Positions 58,853 through 64,000 of a stretch of 64,000 nucleotides of DNA are shown here, one piece after another. The translations under genes and the position numbers were made by a program. Within the stretch, counting starts at the first letter, position 1, and every line of letters begins with the position of its first letter. The notes beneath the pieces are model-generated. The model had not been told where the DNA came from, did no database searches, and saw only the letters and a program-made list of their open reading frames with translations. Origin of the DNA: Somniosus microcephalus (taxonomy: Eukaryota); the NCBI GenBank assembly GCA_052327205.1, contig CM126207.1, forward strand, positions 162,936,001 through 163,000,000, read 5' to 3'.

Positions 58853-59560
58853 GGGGGGAGAAATTCAGTTGGTTAGCGCCTCCCATTAGCGCCTGGGGGC
58901 TCTAGCGGGATGCTAATGCAGTAGTGCCAGGACGAGACGAATCCAGTGCCACATGCCAAATCCAGTCGCCCCTTAGCACCGCCGCTCACACTGCCTGGGG
59001 CTTTAGTGCCAGGCAGATCATGACATCAGTGAATATGCAACCCTAACTGAACACCCGATTTACCAAATTAATTATCGTCCCCTGCCTTAGTGCCTCGCCA
59101 CGACAATGACAGGAAGAGGAGGTGTGATGAAGGCGGATGGCGGCTCCAGGCATGCTATTTAAAGGGAGGAGTCACAGCTGCCAGGTTAGTAATATTTCAC
59201 TGCTTCCTTCTCAATTTCAGATTGTGCAAGAGTTTAATTCAGTCATATAAAGGTTCTTTAGCATTAGGAGTGTTGTGGCTATTAAAAATTAGTTACATTT
59301 ATTCTGACGAAATTTCAAAGTGCTACACATCGTTACATTAATGGGGGCTGTACTGGCAGTTGACCTCACCCTCCAGCATCCACAGTGGAGGGAGCACAGG
59401 CAGCGAGAAAGACTGCAAGATGTTGCCAGAGGTAGGAGGAGGCCTTACCCCCTGAGGGTATTCCAATAGCACTTTTCCTACCTCCAATTAAGTGAGGAGT
59501 AGTCTATTAGAAGGTGCCACTTCAGCAAGGATGTGGTCACCGAATTCTGCTACCTCAGGC
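58853..59560 (+). mobile_element. PIF/Harbinger DNA transposon 5' remnant truncated by CR1
   Basis: Possible TIR start GGGGGGAGAAATTC. ~59436-59550 reads RRPYPLRVFQ*HFSYLQLSEE*SIRRCHFSKDVVTEFC, resembling a HARBI1/Harbinger transposase N-terminus, with stops. Confidence 0.6.
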
Positions 59561-59564
59561 AACC

Positions 59565-61275
59565 AGACAATTGTAAGGAAGGATATTAGCTCTGATGATG
59601 TGGAACCTGTATGGGTAGAACTGAGAAATACCAAGGGGCAGAAAACTTTAGTGGGAGTGGTATATACACCTTCAAACAGTAATGCGGAGGTTGGGGAAGC
59701 CATTAAAAGGGAAACTGGAGAAGCGTGCAATAAGGGCACAGGAGTCATTATGGGTGACTTTAATCTACATATAAATTGGGCTAACCAAATTAGTAACAAT
59801 ATTGTGGAGGAGGAATTCCTGGAGTGTTTACAGGATGGTTTCCTGGACCAATATGTCGAGGAACCAACCAGAGATCAGGCCATCTTAGTCTGGGTATTAT
59901 GTAACGAGAAACGATTAATTAACAATATTGTTGTACGAGGCCCATTGGGTCAGAGCGATCTTAATATGATAGAATTCTTCATTAAGATGGAGAATGAAGT
60001 TGTTGACTCAGAGACTAGGGTCCTGAATTTAAATAAAGGAAACTACGATGGTCTGAGGCGCAAATTGGGTAGGATTGATTGGGGAATGTCACTCAAAGGG
60101 TTGACGGTGGATAGGCAATGGCAAACATTCAAAGACTGCATGGATGAACTACAGAATTTGTTCATCCCAGTTCGGCATAAAAATAAAACAAAAAAGGTGA
60201 TTCAGCCGTGGCTAACAAGGGAAATTAGGGATAGCATAAGATCCAAGGAGAGGACATATAAATTGGCCAGAAAAAGCAGTAAACCTGAGGATTGGGAGCA
60301 GTTTAGGATTCAACAAAGGAGGACAAAGGGATTAATTAAGAAGGGGAAAATAGAATATGAGAGTAAGCTCGCAGGGAACATAAAAACTGACTGTAAAAGC
60401 TTTTATACATATGTGAAGAGAAAAAAATTGGTGAAGTCAAGCATAGGTCCCTTGCAGTCAGAAGCAGGGGAATTTATAATGGGGAACAAAGAAATGGCCG
60501 ACCAATTAAATATATATTTTGGTTCTGTCTTCACAAAGGAGGACACAAATAACCTCCCAGAGATGCCGGGGAACATAGGGTCTGATGAAAGGGAGGAACT
60601 GAAAGAAATCAGTATTTGTAGGGAAATCGTGTTACGGAAATTGATGGGATTGAAGGCCGGGAAATCCCCAGGGCCTGATAATCTACATCCTAGCGTACTT
60701 AAGGATGTGGCCCCAGAAATAGTAGATGCATTGCTGATCACCTTCCAACATTCGATGGAATCTGGAACAGTACCCATGGATTGGAGGGTAGCTAATGTCA
60801 CCCCACTATTCAAAAAAGGTGGTAGAGAGAAAACGGGGAATTACAGACCAGTAAGCCTGACATCGGTAGTGGGGAAAATGCTAGAGTCCATTATAAAAGA
60901 TGTAATAGCAGAGCACTTGGAAAACAGTGACAGGATCGGACAAAGTCAACATGGATTTACAAAGGGTAAATCGCGCTTGACTAATCTACTGGAATTTTTT
61001 GAGGATGTAACTTGTAAAATAGATAAGGGAGAACCAGTGGATGTGGTGTATTTGGACTTTCAGAAGACTTTTGATAAGGTCCCGCATAAGAGATTAGCGT
61101 GTAAAGTTAAGGCTCATGGGATTGGGGGCAAGGTACTGACTTGGATAGAGAACTGGTTGGCAGACAGAAGGCAAAGAGTTGGAATACACGGGTCTTTTTC
61201 TGAGTGGCAGGCAGTGACTAGTGGGGTACTGTCTGGTTCGGTCCTTGGACCCCAGCTATTCACAATATATATTAA
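59565..61275 (+). mobile_element. CR1 LINE ORF2 (partial APE endonuclease plus RT), open frame, cut at 61275
   Basis: ORF 59492..61279 contains IMGDFN, KSPGPDNLHP, NYRPVSLTS, QHGFTKG, YLDFQKTFDKV and GSVLGPQLFTIYIN. Confidence 0.95.
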
Positions 61276-61310
61276 CTAGCTGAAGTGCCCGGCGGTGCCG
61301 AGGGATTTTT
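61276..61310 (-). mobile_element. Helitron 3' terminus
   Basis: Minus strand reads CCCTCGGC-ACC-GCCGGG (hairpin), CACTTCAG, CTAG, then T. It sits exactly where the CR1 would read ATTAA|TGA, an A|T target. Confidence 0.8.
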
Positions 61311-61329
61311 GAGGGCATGTTGTTGTTGG

Positions 61330-62200
61330 AAGAGAGAGAGAGAGAGAGAGAGAGCGACTGGGGGGAAGAGAGAGCGCGACTGGGGGGAAGAGAGAGAGCG
61401 GCTGGGGGGGAAGAGAAAGAGCGACTGGGGGGAAGAGAGAGCGCGACTGGGGGGAAGTGGGGGAAGGTGGTGGGGGGAAGGGGGGAAGAGGGGGGAAGTG
61501 GGGGAAGGGGGAAAGGGGAGGGGAGGGGGGAAGGGGGGGAGNNNNNNNNNNNNNNNNNNNNNNNNNNNNNNNNNNNNNNNNNNNNNNNNNNNNNNNNNNN
61601 NNNNNNNNNNNNNNNNNNNNNNNNNNNNNNNNNNNNNNNNNNNNNNNNNNNNNNNNNNNNNNNNNNNNNNNNNNNNNNNNNNNNNNNNNNNNNNNNNNNN
61701 NNNNNNNNNNNNNNNNNNNNNNNNNNNNNNNNNNNNNNNNNNNNNNNNNNNNNNNNNNNNNNNNNNNNNNNNNNNNNNNNNNNNNNNNNNNNNNNNNNNN
61801 NNNNNNNNNNNNNNNNNNNNNNNNNNNNNNNNNNNNNNNNNNNNNNNNNNNNNNNNNNNNNNNNNNNNNNNNNNNNNNNNNNNNNNNNNNNNNNNNNNNN
61901 NNNNNNNNNNNNNNNNNNNNNNNNNNNNNNNNNNNNNNNNNNNNNNNNNNNNNNNNNNNNNNNNNNNNNNNNNNNNNGGAGAGGAAGGGGAGAGGAGAGG
62001 GGAGGGGGAGAGGAGGGGGAGGGGGAGAGTGGGGGGAGGGGAGGGGGAGAGGGGGGAGGAGGGGGAGAGTGGAGGGGAGGGGGCAGGGGGGGAGAGGAGG
62101 GGGAGAGGGGAGGGTGGAGGGGAGGGGGGAGGGGAGGGGGAGAGGGGGGGAGAGGTGGGGGAGGTGGGGGAAGGTCGGGGGGAGAAAGGGAGGGGGGAGC
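61330..62200. repeat. Purine-rich low-complexity tract around an assembly gap (N 61542-61977)
   Basis: (GA)n, short GAGAGCGCGACTGGGGGGAA repeats and G/A runs on both sides of the Ns. Confidence 0.9.
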
Positions 62201-62560
62201 CAGCAGACCCTCTCCCCTCTGCCGCCGATGGCTCCGCTGAGCTCCGCCGCTCCATGCACTGACATGACGAGCGCAGCGCCCCGGTCAGCCCGAGCCCAGC
62301 CCTCCTGAGGCCGGGCCTGATGCGGCTTGAGATGGCCGATTGCGGCTGGCCGGGCCCGGTTGCCGGGGCAACCCTCTCCGCTCCCCTTATCCTCCCGAGC
62401 CCCGCCCCCCCGCTATCCTGCTCGCTTCCCTCTGGCCGTGCTCTGTGTGGAGGTGCGCGTGCGCCGTGCTGCGCAAGCGCGAGGAGCTTTCAGTGCGTCC
62501 AGCCAGCCTTTACCAAGATGCTGGCCGCTGGTTTGGAATCGGGCCCAGCGCGGGGGGTGG
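62200..62560. promoter_or_regulatory. CpG-island-like segment
   Basis: High GC and CpG density, GC box CCCCGCCCC (~62400) and NRF1-like TGCGCGTGCGC (~62454). Confidence 0.6.
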
Positions 62561-62796
62561 GGGGTGAGGGGTGGGAGGAGCTTGCCACTAAACAATTGCC
62601 TGGGGTCCAGCATGGCTGGCAACAGATGCCCAGGCTTCGAGGCCTACCTGCAAAAACGGGGAAAGGTAGGAAAATTAATGAGATTAGGTAAAAGATTTAG
62701 AAAGTAATTAACTTTTTTTTAAAACAATATGTGTTTTAAAAGCAATTTTTTTTTAAAGACACAGAAAGCGGGAAAAAGAAATGAAAAGTTTGGAAT

Positions 62797-63010
62797 CAAG
62801 ATGGCGGCGACTCACCTCGGTTCAGAACGATAAGCCCCACCCACGCACGCACCGATTGGTCGACTGTCAGGTCACCGAAGCGTAGGATTGGTCAATTGTC
62901 CCGTCACTCGACTCTAGGAGGGCCCGCCCGCACACGCCAGGAACCCGCCCCCGCCACGCAGCGTTTGGTCGACCGTCGGGTCAGCCGACCGTACGATTGG
63001 TCGACCTCGA
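62797..63010 (-). promoter_or_regulatory. CCAAT/GC-box promoter with a short first exon ending at a GAG|GTGAGT donor (62816) and a YY1 motif
   Basis: ATTGG at 62855, 62887 and 62996 (TTTGG at 62964); GC boxes ~62923-62952; CAAGATGGCGGC at 62797-62808; ACTCAC at 62810-62815. Confidence 0.65.
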
Positions 63011-63050
63011 CGTCATTCAATGCTAATGAGCAGATAATGAGTGGAATTTT

Positions 63051-63860
63051 AGAACATAAGAACATAAGAACATAAGAAATAGGAGCAGGAGTAGGCCAAT
63101 CGGCCCCTCGAGCCTGCTCCACCATTCAATAAGATCATGGCTGATCTGATCCTAACCTCAAATCTTCTATCACTCTGCATCCAACCTAACCCATGTGATC
63201 TCCCGGGAGAGGCGAAAAACCAGATAACGACCCTATGGCCAATTTGGGAGAAAAAAATCTGGGAAATTCCTCTCCGACCCATCTAGGCGATCGAAATTCT
63301 TCCAGGAGATCACTCTGTCCCTATATTTTCTACAGGACTTACCTTCTGTAAAGGCAATCTCCACCCCAGCCAGGAACAGGAATAAAACCATCTCCTGAAA
63401 TCTAACAGAATTAGAACACAGTAGGAGCAGAACAAGGCTACACAGCCCCTGGGCCCACTACACTACCCACAGGGCCATGACCATTCCGAACCTAGACTCA
63501 TGTCCAATTTCCTGCCCGCTCCCCGTAACCCTTAATTCCCTTTACTTCTAGGAAACTATCTATTTCTGTTTTAAATTTATTTAATGATGTAGCTTCCACA
63601 GCTTTCTGGGGCAGCAAATTCCACAAACCTACCACCCTCTGAGTGAAGAAGTTTCTCCTCATCTCAGTTTTGAAAGAGCAGCCCCTTATTTTAAGATTAT
63701 GCCCCCTAGTTCTAGTTTCACCCATCATTGGGAACATCCTCACCGCATCCACCCGATCAAGCCCCTTCACAATCTTATATGTTTCAATAAGATCGCCTCT
63801 CATTCTTCTGAACTCCAATGAGTAGAGTCCCAATCTACTCAACCTCTCCTCATATGACCT
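63051..63860 (-). mobile_element. CR1 LINE 3' fragment
   Basis: YEERLSRLGLYSLEFRRMRGDLIETYK..RNFFTQRVV motifs; (AGAACATA)n tail. Confidence 0.93.
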
Positions 63861-64000
63861 CATTTTGAACGTTATTTGGATACCGCGGGCACAATTTTTG
63901 TCTCACCGAAACGTAAATATGCTTACAACCATTCTGGAATCGTAAGCTTTCTTTTGATGTAACACCCGTGTAGGTACGCTCTATAACTTTTGATTGTATA

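Noticed and set aside
61272-62308. Long ORFs spanning the N gap, including MSVHGAAELSGAIGG
   Set aside because: These are artefacts of Ns and low-complexity sequence. The short N-terminal peptide matches nothing I recognise and lacks a strong donor site.

Overview
Repeat-dominated vertebrate genomic DNA, very probably from a shark or other cartilaginous fish (HE1/V-SINEs, a Deu-domain SINE, CR1 and L2 LINEs, a Penelope fragment, Gypsy elements). The only clear host coding sequence is the first coding exon of an SLC38A8-like amino-acid transporter on the minus strand (48852-49043). No next exon is recognisable, so everything to its left appears to be one intron of at least 48 kb. Most of that intron (~2490-42590) is a G-rich 20-bp minisatellite (GGGTAAGGAGGGCCGGGTGT) with variant domains and higher-order duplications. 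It is interrupted by a non-autonomous LTR element, which carries a nested solo LTR, and by six co-oriented copies of a ~720-bp non-satellite module. Each module has a ~60-nt hairpin and a CTCF-like motif (degenerate in copy 6), and three copies carry a Penelope insertion. Two decayed Gypsy elements flank the exon. Near the right end, a CR1 RT is cut at an A|T site by a Helitron-type 3' terminus. Beyond an assembly gap lie CpG-rich promoter-like sequences (32-bp-spaced CCAAT boxes, YY1 motif, minus-strand splice donor) that may be Helitron-captured and point toward SLC38A8. All family assignments come from visual motif recognition, not database searches.
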